64,000 bases of DNA from Kudoa neothunni. Taxonomy: Eukaryota > Animalia > Cnidaria. The stretch is from assembly GCA_964304625.1 (NCBI GenBank), contig OZ199839.1, positions 7,475,979 to 7,539,978 of the forward strand, in the 5' to 3' direction. Below the pieces are notes generated by a model that was not told the origin of the DNA, did no database searches, and saw only the letters and a list, made by a program, of their open reading frames with translations. The position numbers and the translations under genes are program-made. Positions 13,801-30,475 of the stretch are shown piece by piece. Within the stretch, counting starts at the first letter, position 1. Each line of letters begins with the position of its first letter.

Positions 13801-15282
13801 TCGAAATTGTTTGCATTTTTTGAAATATTTTTAATCTAAAAAAACATGGGGTAATTTTGTTGATAATTGCACACGCGCTAATATAGTAGAAGCAATAAAT
13901 ACAATCATAAGATTACATGTAATGATTATAATATTAAAAGAAAAAGGCTATTGGTACGGTAAACTTTAAATTGAAAATTTGTGTACGCACGCACACCTAA
14001 ATTTTTGATCAAAGTAACTCGTATTCAGAAGTTGTATACGTATTTAATTTTTTAGAATCTGAAATATTTAATTATTTCTCGACGCAAAGAGAGACTCAGA
14101 AATACTTAAATATAATCAAAAGTAATAATATCCAAATATTTTTTATCAACCACATACAACCCATTTCTTCGTAAAATTAATAAAAATATTATACATTCAA
14201 CAACCATGATTAATAATACGAATCATATAATCGGAGAGAAAAAAATTAACAGAATCAGACACATTTGTGTGAATTATAAAAAGATTATGATTCACATGAT
14301 CTCAAATCAATATCCATATTATATTATTTGAATTTAGTATAAAACAATATTCATTATTTCATTACTGAAATTTGGTTTTTATATTCTTTAGTTTATTATA
14401 AATTAAATATGGTTTAATTTGGAACGCGCGCGCGCGACTGTAATTTCGCCGAACGCGAAATTATAGCGGCTTTTAAATATAGACAGTATTATTGAATTAA
14501 CGGTAAATTAGAGCATAGAGAGGATAACACTATCTCCTAATGATTATAACTCTGAAATTTATCCGTTATTTCAATGCTACTCTTGAAAAACGCTAATCAG
14601 CTTATCAAATTAAAAACTCTAAAGAAAAGATGATATGAATTCATTTTGAGATTTTTGTTTCGATGTAAAATTTTAATAATTTCTATATTTAAAAACAATA
14701 ATAAAAATTCCATAAATAACTATTTAGAAGAGAATATTTTTCTCATGCATGCGACATGAGCACTTGTGGCGCACCGTTCCATTATAATTTATAAATTAAA
14801 TTATGATTCCTCACGTAAGGTCAGGCATCCCTCTTATATATAGATAATTATTTCGATAAGAAATAAAGATAATTACGTTTATAATTACCCTCAAGGTTTA
14901 AATAATTTTACATTAAAACAATTTATTTAATATGTTCACATATGCTGAATAAAGCAATATAAGTTTCAAAATATATAATTTTATATTTTTTAAAATTTGG
15001 GAAAAATACAATTAAAAAGATTTAGATGTATTTTTTCGGACAGAGAAATTTTAAAGCCTAGGTGAATCTTTGACCAAATTCCTAATTAGTAAAGTAATTA
15101 GCGCAATAAAAATCTATTATTTTATTTATAAGTTATCTAAAAAGTTTAATAATATTAGATTGAATCAATCATTATACTCAGCAAATAAATGCATATCCAT
15201 AGCTTGATAAATACACCATTAACGACAATGCTATCGAGCTAAATAACAATATAGCAGCACTGGTGCTGGTTATTAGTTGAAT

Positions 15283-16442
15283 TTAATAGGGGTAAATTTT
15301 TGTCCGTGGTATGGAATTTGAGGTGGAATTAAGCTTCATGTAGATACCTTCATAGCTAGCGAATTGTTTGAAACGAGGGATGAGCAATCTAAACATGTTT
15401 CTATCTCTGTAGAAAGGTTCTCTGTAGAGCATAGGCATATTTCGTTTGAAATTATTGTCAATATTTACCTAAAAATATTGACAGTAATTTATTAAAGCCA
15501 ATAAGCGGTCAAGACATAAATAAAGATTAGATTACCAGTCCTGATAGTACCACATTACCAGTTCCAACAGTGTAACCTCTTCTGGGACCATCTCCCGAGC
15601 CAAATTTTAGAAATTCTTCCGCCATTCTAGTGCCCTTAATGTACATCCATATTTCGATGTATTTAGTGGGCGAGCCTTGGACACCGCAATCATTGCACCA
15701 TTTCCATTGATGAAATGTAAAATTGACCCGGACATCTCCCCGCCTACACTCATATAATGGTAATATTGGTGGTTGTGGGGAAGTATGGCAAAAAATAATT
15801 ACTCAACCAATTGAGTCTCATTAAAGTATCCATGTATAGAGTAGCCGTTTCGGGTGAAAATACTTGTTTGAATATTGATTATCCCAATGTTCTCTTCCAA
15901 TCCAACAAAAGCAAAACCATTCATTGAAGAAGCAGTAACATCCATGCAACCTTGACGAGTATCTTCTTTGAATTGACGTTCGATCACTGTATTCTCTGGA
16001 TAGAAATTCACATTCGGACAGATGGTACGGTTGGTCATTTCTTTGCCCACGTAGAACAATGTGGGACTCCATTTGAAATTGATGCGACGACCAGACACTG
16101 GTCTAAATTTGGAATCCAACTCGAACACATTACTTATTCCGAATGATATAAAGTAAGGTATTGTATTGATGTTGAATGTGAGGATGTATTTTCTGGGGGT
16201 GAAAAAAACCTCTCCGTCTACAAACACAAAACACATCACCACATGACGTTAATTTATATAAAAATAACACTACCATTGGCTCGATTTCGTATACATTTCA
16301 CATCCACACACATTGTGGTGTCATTCTTTTTCGCGAATTGCCACACATTATAGTCCCTACTTTTTGGATCACCATTGATGGGTTGTGGTTTGAATGGAAC
16401 CAAACACACAAATAACACTATAGTCGTAACCAACCAACACAT
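15283..16442 (-). CDS. Secreted SAARP/CARP4-like (coral skeletal organic matrix family) protein; exons 16442-16274, 16217-15803, 15743-15536, 15468-15283; C-terminus uncertain
   Basis: Signal peptide MCWLVTTIVLFVCLVP; three phase-compatible introns of 56-67 nt. Motifs GIINIQTSIFTRNG..ETQLVERGDVRVNFTFHQWKWCNDC..YIEIWMYIKG..YTVGTGNVVLSGLVNID..MP..FRLLIPRFKQFASYE occur in the order I recall for the SAARP/CARP4 domain. Confidence 0.7.
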
Positions 16443-17070
16443 TACACACTAACCTATATTAGCGATGGTTGTTAAACGATAACAACGCGAATTATAGTTG
16501 GTTCTTTCGGCTACACCATAGCTACGAAATAACCTTACTAATTAACGCCAATGACACAATTATCACAACATTCAAATGTAAAATCTCGCAGTATAGTATA
16601 TCATCAATAAAACTACTCATTAGAGTGTATTCTCGGACTGTTTATAGATGCTATTATCGATTAGATAAAGCGATTCGAATGGTTATCTCAATACAACTGT
16701 GAGATATTGTCTAATCGATAACAACACTATTTGATACTCCTATGGGTATATTTAAAGTTGGAATATTCTCTTGAGTAATAGTGACAAATTTTGCGGTGCT
16801 TCTACGCCAAGTTATTGAAATCTTAGATATATTATTAGTTATGTGTAGCCGACATTGAGTTAAAATTAAAACACCAAATAAACTACATTTTTTAAGCCAG
16901 AACTACAACGACTATGATATCACATTAAAACTTTATCAACCATATAACCAACATGTAAGCGTCAAATAAAACAAAAATTATTTATACAACAGCTATATTT
17001 AATGAGCAGGCAGTGGTCGTATTTAAATCTACTCAAACAACTAGATTGAATCGATCCCAGACTATTCGTA

Positions 17071-21410
<4,340 letters not shown>

Positions 21411-22455
21411 TGTTTTGAGTAGTTGCTGCGCTTGCGCGATTTCATCTTGATTAAGTTTACGACGAGAACTTGATTATGAGTTTAAATATAATAATCCGTA
21501 TCTATTGCTTAGATAGATTTTATTAAAGCTCATATGGTAATTGATAATTTTTGGATTTTGAGTATTAATTCGGGTTGTAATTGTTTACAATCTACTAATA
21601 AGTTCTAACTGAAATTGACACTAGTCAGAGGTCTCACAACGTTCTACGTTTATGTATTAAACAATGTTTGGCTAAATTAAGGTTTTGACGGGAGATCGTC
21701 ATTTTTTGGTATTATTCGCATATACATATCAGTTTGTCATGAGTTGTGGCGCTAACACTGTATAAAATTGATGAAATGCTTTTTAACGATTTTCATGTGC
21801 AACTAATGAAGTTAACGAATTCATTAAAATGTTGAAAAACTATCGGATTTCTATGAAGAGTGAAATAGTAAGGAAAATGTGAACCAACCTTATATTCTAA
21901 AAGAACTAGCAAAACAGACGAATTCTGATAGTTATACAGTCTATGACTCCAGTAAAGCTCCTATTTGCATATGTTTTTTCACGATTACATTTATCAACGA
22001 AAAACAATATAGAGGGCAGTTTTTGACCAAATTTTGGTTCGGTCGGTACTGTCCCCACGTGTAGTCTATTTACGTAGCAACATGCATGGAAACTTGGCGT
22101 TTTTTGCATCTTCAGGCATTAAGAATTCATTATTTCAACATTTGAACATTTTAAAGTTTAAAAAATTTGAAATGACTATGAAATAATAGAAATTTATCCT
22201 AAATCCATGCATACTTGGATTATTATATGAGTACTGAAAATCTCATAACAAAATTGCCACGAACGATAATGTTATAAAACACTTTGAATTTGAAAAGTTT
22301 CCAACTAATCGTAGTATTTGGATATTCATATCAATTTCATTTGATTTATTTTAAAAACTTTCCTTCTATTATTTATGTAGAATTTAAATTGAAAAAGCCA
22401 CACAAGTTAATAAATTTTCGTAAACTTACGTAGAAACTAACTAAATTGTATATTA

Positions 22456-24257
22456 TCGAAATATATATATATATATATATATATCCTTTGTCTGTCAGTG
22501 TGTGACACACACTGTGTGTCCGCAAGTGCTCATGTGTCACGGAGAACCTTTTTTCTAAATACAGCTATTAGTTCGCCATTTGAATAGATGATACCGTTAA
22601 AAAAATCGTTCGTTTACGTAGAAGTATAAATTGGGCCAATATCGTTATTAGAAATAAGGAATTTTCTGGCTGTTTACATTAATTACCGGATTTTAAGAAA
22701 TACCTGCATAACCAAATTATTTAGGATGTATCTTTATTTTTCAAGCATTATGGATATAATTAAGCGAACAAGATTATGACCATTTTAAATAAAGCACATA
22801 ATTCGAGATTAAAGTTGTTGCTATCAAGGAATAATTTGGTAGTTCTATAAGCATTCGAAAAACGATGTAAGATGTGTATAGAGTTTTCAAATAATTGAGT
22901 TTTTGTGATTAATTCTTAAATAAAAATTTCTTTTTATCAAATATATCGATTGAGATTGAAAGTATATTCGTCTTTCGGTAAGTATTTACTCATCTTTTGG
23001 TTTTCCTAAACTTTCTTGCAAAACAGCAGGCATAACTAATTCGATTTTTTTATATTTGATGAGATAACTTTTTAAATAATGTTTAAGTTCTTAGCAACCT
23101 AATTATTCCTTACCCCCAAAATTTAATTAAGGTTAATACTCAAATCTATATATAATTTTTTGTTCGTTAAAAATAATTCATTTTGATATAAAAATTGCAT
23201 AAAATTATGCGACACCGCATTCTATAGGTAGCTTAAGAATTAATATTCACGGCTACTTTTGCACAAAGTACAATCCCCTCTCAATCTCAATACGTGTCAT
23301 GTAAGTAGTTAATGAGAAATGATTGGTCTATTCAATCTAACCAATATTTTCACAAAGTTTTCGTTAATCTAAGAATAGTTCTATACAAAGAAATTATTTT
23401 GAGACAATCAAACAGTACGTTATTTTTGAAAGGGTGTATTCCTTCGAGAAAACCAGTAAATATTTTAGAATTACTGTAATTTTTCAAACCAAAAAAACCT
23501 TTACATTTTAGATTTAATCGTATTTTGTTAATTAAACTTGAATATTTTTGAACCAGTAGGTATTTTAAAAAAAACAGATATTGCGTTTATTAAAAAATCG
23601 GGAAATTTCTTTATAATAGTGAATACGTAAGTTACCACTCACGACTTTTTAAAACATCATTTATAAAATTTCAAAAAAAAGAAATAACAATTAATATTTT
23701 TATTTACGACGCATCTTAATTTTATTTTTTTATCGTTTGTAGACTAATAATAAATTTTATAACTAGAAGGATTAATTTTTATCACAAAAATTAGAATAAA
23801 ACTAAAAGTTCTATTCAAGTTATTTAATGATGATATTTAATAAATAAATTTTAATTGTTAATTAAATTGCTCATAAAATTAAGTTTATTATATTCTTGGT
23901 CAATAATTTGTAAAATAAACTTAAAAATACTCAAGAATTTCACTCAATACATCTATTTATATTTTAATGGAAAATGTGCGCATAATTTTGTCTTTCTAAA
24001 TCATCACATTGCACAAATAATTACAAGCTTTAAAGTGCAACAATCAAAATTGAAAAATAAGATTTACAGGGTTTAAAGTGCAAATTAAATTAATTTGATG
24101 GTAGAATTTCTCCATTCAGAAATAAAACTTAAAGTTAAAATTTTCCATCTCACAGTACCAGACCAAACAAAGCTAGGCATTAGCGCTATTTAGTTAAAAA
24201 TCAAAAAGGCTTTAGTCTGCGCCAGGAAATCTTCGCGAAGCGGAGCTTTTGCGCTAG
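22456..24257 (+). mobile_element. Non-autonomous Helitron-like element, copy 1
   Basis: A|TC 5' start followed by (TA)n and GTCTGTC; 3' GC-rich GCGAAGC segment then CTAG|T; no TSD; homologous to 45319-47329. Confidence 0.6.
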
Positions 24258-25177
24258 TATCGAATATATATATAGAAATAATGTGGAATTTAGATTCTTA
24301 ATCAAATCTATCACTTCACTGAAATTTATTTTAGAGAAAAATATTCGGGCAGAATACGAAAAATTGAAGATAGAACCTTCCAATATAGGTGCAACATCAT
24401 TAGCGTCATTCATAGGTTATTTTTAAAAATTTATCCTGAATAGTACATAGTATATAGTATATGATGGTAAGTACACTATATCATCTTGGAACCCATGCAC
24501 GAGAGTTCTGGAAAAATTACCGTTAACTTGAAACAATGCTAAAAACTTTCATAAATGTTTAGATGCATCGTAAGAACAGTTTCATTTGGACAGAATATCC
24601 TTGTAAAAAATTACAAGAAAACGGAACATTAAGGAAAGAGAAATAGAAATTTTGATGACTAATCCAAGAAGGAGTTTCAGTACGAACAAAAGAATGCAAA
24701 AATAAGGTTGCTGTGTGACAACTACCTGAACAATTATGGACTATTTTATGTTATAATATTCCCGAAACTGTACAATTGATACACAGATTAGAATATTGTA
24801 TTAAATTTACTTATGCTTGTTTGTTTGTTTGTTTTAACGTATCTTAATCAACAAGAGAGCATTAGTAATACCACTTACGATATCAACGTAAGTATAAATT
24901 AATTTCAACAGGATTAAAAAAACCCTGAGTAATGATATATATCATGGAAATTTAGAAGAAATTTATTTCTAGAAATTTTTTTAATGAAAAAGTATAATCT
25001 TTCTATGGGTTTAGCAGTTTTCGTGGTTTTCGCAAATAAAAACAAATTCTAATTGAATCGATATGTATTACGATGCTCATGTGAAAAATATATTGTAGCT
25101 GTTATCTTCTAAGCGATAAAACGATATAACTATATAATGGAAAATTTCACCGAGCATATGAGGCGGCGAATACGGTT

Positions 25178-28100
25178 TTAGCGACCATCCTCAGCCTGTT
25201 GAACATTGTATTTTCCTTTGATTTTCGCCTTTCTCACCAAAAAATAAGCCAAAACAGATAATAGAATAAGCAGCAGTAGTCCTAGTATGAGCCCAACAAT
25301 CAGCCATACTTTGCTTGAAAGCGCAGTTTTGTTATTGGTAGTATAGGTTTGGTTGGCTTTAAAAAAAGCGGTCCAAGGAATTTCCACTCTCTATATTCGG
25401 ATGTTAAAATCTGTTGATAATATAATTAAGGTAACATTGATTTTGTTGGTTTTTTGTTTTAGTCGTGCTTTCTGTAAAAAATAGGTAAAATAAAGGAGGC
25501 GAAAGCATCTTTCTGCCCTATGACTTCACTCATCACAATAAATTTGATATCACATTATAAAGCAAACTTACGTTTGCTGATATTCTAGATCGTAATGAAA
25601 TGTTTTGATGCAGTGATTTTGAATGATAGTATTGGCTGTTATTTCGTCAAACAAATAATGAAATTCCTCCGTGGACACACGCGAATCGATGACATTTATC
25701 TAAAAAGCAGTATTAAACAATCATTTTTATTTATCTCAAACATATACAATAAATTTATTTAGAAAAATAATGAAAAAGACTTGTCTATTTTAAGCAATAA
25801 TAACGTATATATATATATATCTGTAATTATAGGATTTTATTAAAATTGTTAGTTTAAACATTAATTTACATTAGCCTCCATTTGTTTGCATTCGTGAATT
25901 CCTGTTATCAAATGGATATTTTCATATGAATCACACTAAATATTTTGCTATATAAAGAAAATAATCGCATTGGCACTGTCCTCTTCGGGATAATGAAAAA
26001 AGTGTGTTAAATTCGTTTAATTACAATTTTACTAGCGCATATCCTAATATACATTGCGATTTAACCCAACTCCTTCTCCGGAGTTGGGGTCCTTAAGGTA
26101 TTCCAATTTCATCATTTTTCGTGTTACTCTGAAAGTAATTTATTGATTTTTTAATGATTCCATAAATAACTTAATTAGGTTTAACATGTAGAATCAAACT
26201 ATAATTTATTTTCTAAATTAAAAAGTAAGCCTTTGATATAATGTTTATTTCATTGCTTAATATTTTTTCTTATGGAATTTCAAGAAAACTGACTAACGAA
26301 ATATATTTCTAAATTTTATTTACTAATTTTCATAAATTTGTTTTCATTTCCTATTGAGTCATATATATGTAATGTTTATGTATTTTTCGACTCGATAACA
26401 GATTAGTGAGAAACAACACAACCCCAAGGCGCGCTTGGCTGGTAATCTTTTGTTTCGCTAAAAAATCTACGTTTACCAACAAAAAAGTAGTTAATGATTC
26501 ATTTGATGTGATATAACCATAAGAGTACTTGTTTATTTTGGAGAATTCCGTAATTTTTACCCAGCCTAATATAAATTAATGAAATATTGATAGAGGGAGG
26601 AGTATTAGGAAAATGATTGTTCTATTACAAATTTATTAAAAAACAGTAGGATCTATCAATATTTTTTGGAAATAATTAGAAATAATAATTATTGGGGTTT
26701 GTGTGTAGTATATAATTGTTGCTAAAGTATCACGTGTGACTTAAGTTTTGATATCAACATGTATGTGTTGCGAATTGTTCGCGTGTAAACGTTAAAACAT
26801 ATGTTCGTGCAATTTCGCAAGTATGAATAACCAAAAATTTTAAAAATGTAGGTTCCCTCAGAATGTGCTCTTTGGATGTCTTATTATAATTATAATATCT
26901 CTTAAATATGCGAATAAATAAAAAATTATCCGCAAATACTCTGGTAAATATAACAATCAATAGTGCACCTGAATCACTAAACAATTTATCCCTCATATTC
27001 ATTTCTGATTTATTTAATGGAAACACAAGGATGCGAGGTTTTCAAATATTTTATATTGCGAAAAATTATAATTGAACATATGTGCGGCAAAATTACCTCC
27101 GAAACAGTCGGATAATTTACACAAGACACTACATAGTTGAGCCTATGTCTCATCGTTACCTATTATTTTTGATGAAATTTAAAAGGGATAAATTGGATCT
27201 TTTTTAATTAGATATCTAATAAAAATTTCGGTATTAAAATTTATGAGATGATTTTATCATATTGGTCTAATTCGATCAGTTTATTTCGGTCTTTTATCTG
27301 CGTTTAAAGCAGTAGAAGATGTAATGATTCTTTTCATTCATCTTTATAAATTACTCAAAATAAGATCACGTTAATTTCGTAATAATTAATGGCATTTAAT
27401 CCGATTCATCTAAGGTTTTAAATGGACCTCAGTAGCACAGCACACGCGTAATTTTTTCACTCGCCGTAGGGGGAGGATTATTATAGGAGAACTACTTTAA
27501 CTGAGGCCAAAAGATACTTTTTTAATTCAAAATTAAGATATTTTGTTAGTTTAATATAATTCCCTAAGATAATTTTAAATATATTATTCTCGACGATGCT
27601 AAAATGATCACCTATTTTTTTCGAAACTTGTGAAATCTTTTGAATTCTAATATATTATATATAATATATGGGAAGGAATTTTTGTTCTCTCAAACATTTC
27701 AACAATTTTGGAATTGTATTTTAAGATGCCATCGAGGATGAATATTTTAAAATGTTTTTGAAATAGCAAATTTGACGTCTATTTGGGAAATATTACGAAA
27801 ATATAGTATTATATATTTTTCTCTAAACACTGTTATGTTATTTGATTCAGTATCGTTGATCATTAAATTTGATTAATCAACTTTCCCAAGAAAATATGTC
27901 AAGAAAAAACGTATATAAACTATCAGTCACATAGTTAAATAGTATTGAAATATTTTTAGTCCTAATTTATTATTTTGATTAAAATATATATATATATATC
28001 GATTTTAAACTGAATTATAGAAAAATTTTATTGTCATGAAAAATTGTGTAAAACCGGTCACCGGCAGAATATATAAAGATTATTAGTTACCGTGAGATTT

Positions 28101-29312
28101 CCCAACATGAGATCGAATATTTTTGATTCTGGATTAATTATTCTACAATCATCGGGATTTTCGCAATTTCCATTAAGTCTGAAAAAATCACTGAATAATT
28201 CGAAACATTGAGCCATATCAAAGTTTCCCATTATTTTAAACTGAACATTCAATGTTTCGTTAGCGTAGAACGAAGGATCGCAAGGTTCGAAGTTGGACAT
28301 TTTTCGGCTGTAAGTATGAATATATGATTTTGGGTAGCATGGGCTAACGAGGTTCCCACCTTTCGGTGTATTCTACGTAAGACAGCGGTTTTTGATATGA
28401 AAATATAATCAACACAAAATACCTTTATAATATAGTTGTTGAGCACTATTTCAAAATACTCAGGACCAGCACAATCCATGTAAATTGTATAAATTTGATT
28501 TTTACTTTCCAATCGTGCATATTTGGATACGAATGCTTGGAGTGCTTGATGGTTGACAGCATCAAAATGGAAAGCCAATACAATTCCATACGTTGAAATA
28601 TCAATAAGATTATCACTTTCATTGATCTTTTGTTGTGAAATTAATAGGGGATATTTTAGAATCAGCAATTAATACCAATGTGACGTTGGATGCCATTTTG
28701 TAATAGGCCCAACCTTGATCAACACCATTAACATTCAAAATATGTGTATGATTCTGTAATGTGTTATATGAACTAATTTGTTCTTGTAGTATTTGAAGCA
28801 ATAAATCATGTTTCACAGGGTTGTAAACTCTAGAATGTATATTATCACAAAATTTCAATTCCAACGTTAACTATACTTGAGCAATCGAAATTCATCCGTA
28901 GTGATGATATATACTACGTAAGACTCATTATTTTTGACATTAATAAGAATTAATTCATTCATTTTGTCATATATTTCTTTAACAGCAGTGTTGAGTTCGT
29001 CATTGGTAACGATAAAAATTCTATCTAGCCCTGAATCATGTTTATATATTGAAGGTTCCAAAACATTTGTGAATTACAACGTGCGAGGGTCACGGGTGTT
29101 AAGTCAGATGCACTATATTTTACGAATTTTTTATTCGTAAAACTTAATACAATTTCAAATTCAATCTAAAATACGTTATTAACAACATTTTGAAATAACA
29201 CATTTGATACACTCGGATTCTGACCTTCCATAATATCACAGAATATATATTGTAGCCCTATAAGTAATGTGGCAAAAAGTGGGAACGTTTTCCGCTGCGA
29301 GCTCATATTCAT
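25178..29312 (-). CDS. GDA1/CD39 (E-NTPDase)-fold type-I membrane protein, degenerate apyrase motifs, paralogue A
   Basis: Signal peptide MNMSSQRKTFPLFATLLIGLQYIFC. ACR2-like YIITTDEFRLL, ACR3-like VNGVDQGWAYY, PCDP..GNFDMAQC..C....C, RCFRLLYFTYFL, ACR5-like EIPWT, then a C-terminal TM and short tail. Short GT-AG introns plus a 2.4-kb phase-0 intron (28090-25700). Confidence 0.65.
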
Positions 29313-29818
29313 TTGGGTCAAATTAGCAGGTAATAAATCAATTGAATTATTCGAATTAATACACTCAGATTATGATTAACAGTGGGGCTATAATCGAATA
29401 AAGTGGGTTTATTCTTTCTTATAATTTTTTATGCAACTAAAAATCTCGATATATATCGCGTGATTTAATACTTTTTTGTTCTTAAATTAAAAGTATTAAT
29501 TATTTTATTTTATAATTTTAGTCAATTCACTATATTACCAACAAATCTAATAATCCAAATAATTAGAACTTATCCTAGGAACTACTCTATACACCCATCT
29601 AATTCTTCTCGTGTTAAATCTGGAAAACTTCCACAATGCTTATAGATCTGTAATAACAGGTGGATCGATGAAAAGTTATTTGAAATTCCTCATAATCTCT
29701 TCCTGTTATCATTAGCTGATTTAGCACACGCATCATGCTTCAAATGATGACCATTCAAATTGCTTCACTTAATTTATTAATTGTCGCAGGATAAATTAAT
29801 CAAAACTACACCTGGTTA
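27985..29818. repeat. ~1.8-kb near-identical direct repeat (partner ~51735-53569, offset 23751)
   Basis: Base-by-base comparison by eye shows only about a dozen substitutions; the ORF track lists almost identical peptides at both places. Confidence 0.95.
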
Positions 29819-30054
29819 TTATAACTTATGTGTAGGGTAGGAAATCATAATTATCTGTCTATTATCTACTATCTAATGATCAACCAATTCTTTTTTTCAT
29901 ACTTTTTGAATATTTAAGATATTTCCGACCGTTTCCTGTAAAATGACGTCTCTTCATAACATTTAATAAAGGATAGGACGAGACGTTAAAACGGAATGGA
30001 TAACGCTTGGGAGAAACTTCCTTATTACATGGTTGAATCACACGGCAACTCGAT

Positions 30055-30475
30055 GACAGATAGCACATCGGTGACACCCCGGCTCAGAACCATATGGTAA
30101 TGGGTTCGAATCTGCCGGTGGGTCTCTATCCCATATTTGGGATCTGTAGTTAAAGTGTACGCTCGCTGTGGAGTGGGGTGCACCAGCGGCCAAATTCACG
30201 TGAATAGGAGTTTGAGTCTTCAGAACCCATCGAAAGGCAAATAATTTACAGGTCTCGCTGAGTCAACTTCCTTAAAGGGATAGGATATGGGGTGTTGGTC
30301 GACTTAAGAAGAGGGTGATTAATGGGTTAAAGTCCCACACTATCGCATAAAAATAAGGGACGAGGTTTCATGTTACGTCCTGCGGTGCGTACAGCGTTAA
30401 TGGAAGAGGTCTGACCAACCAGAATTCCACAACCATCTAAGTTGAGCCAGTGGTTTTCCTTGTAAACAAAAAAGC
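30055..30475 (+). mobile_element. tRNA-derived SINE candidate / structured Pol III RNA
   Basis: A-box TAGCACATCGG (30061-30071) and B-box GGTTCGAATC (30103-30112) in a tRNA-like head, followed by a GC-richer, hairpin-rich body; 3' end uncertain. Confidence 0.55.

Noticed and set aside
23855-24076. 73-aa ORF repeated at 46908-47231, with a hydrophobic N-terminus
   Set aside because: Non-ATG start and AT-rich low-complexity codons; it is repeated only because it lies in the duplicated Helitron-like core
28249-29061. Overlapping ORFs suggesting frameshifts or a pseudogene in the NTPDase-like genes
   Set aside because: The frame changes I traced are explained by short GT-AG introns with compatible phases
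30055-30125. Functional tRNA-Leu(CAG) gene
   Set aside because: Acceptor, anticodon and T stems pair poorly; better read as a SINE-type head
30110-30440. HDV-like or hammerhead ribozyme, or RNase P/MRP RNA
   Set aside because: Could not assemble the required core motifs in the right order by eye
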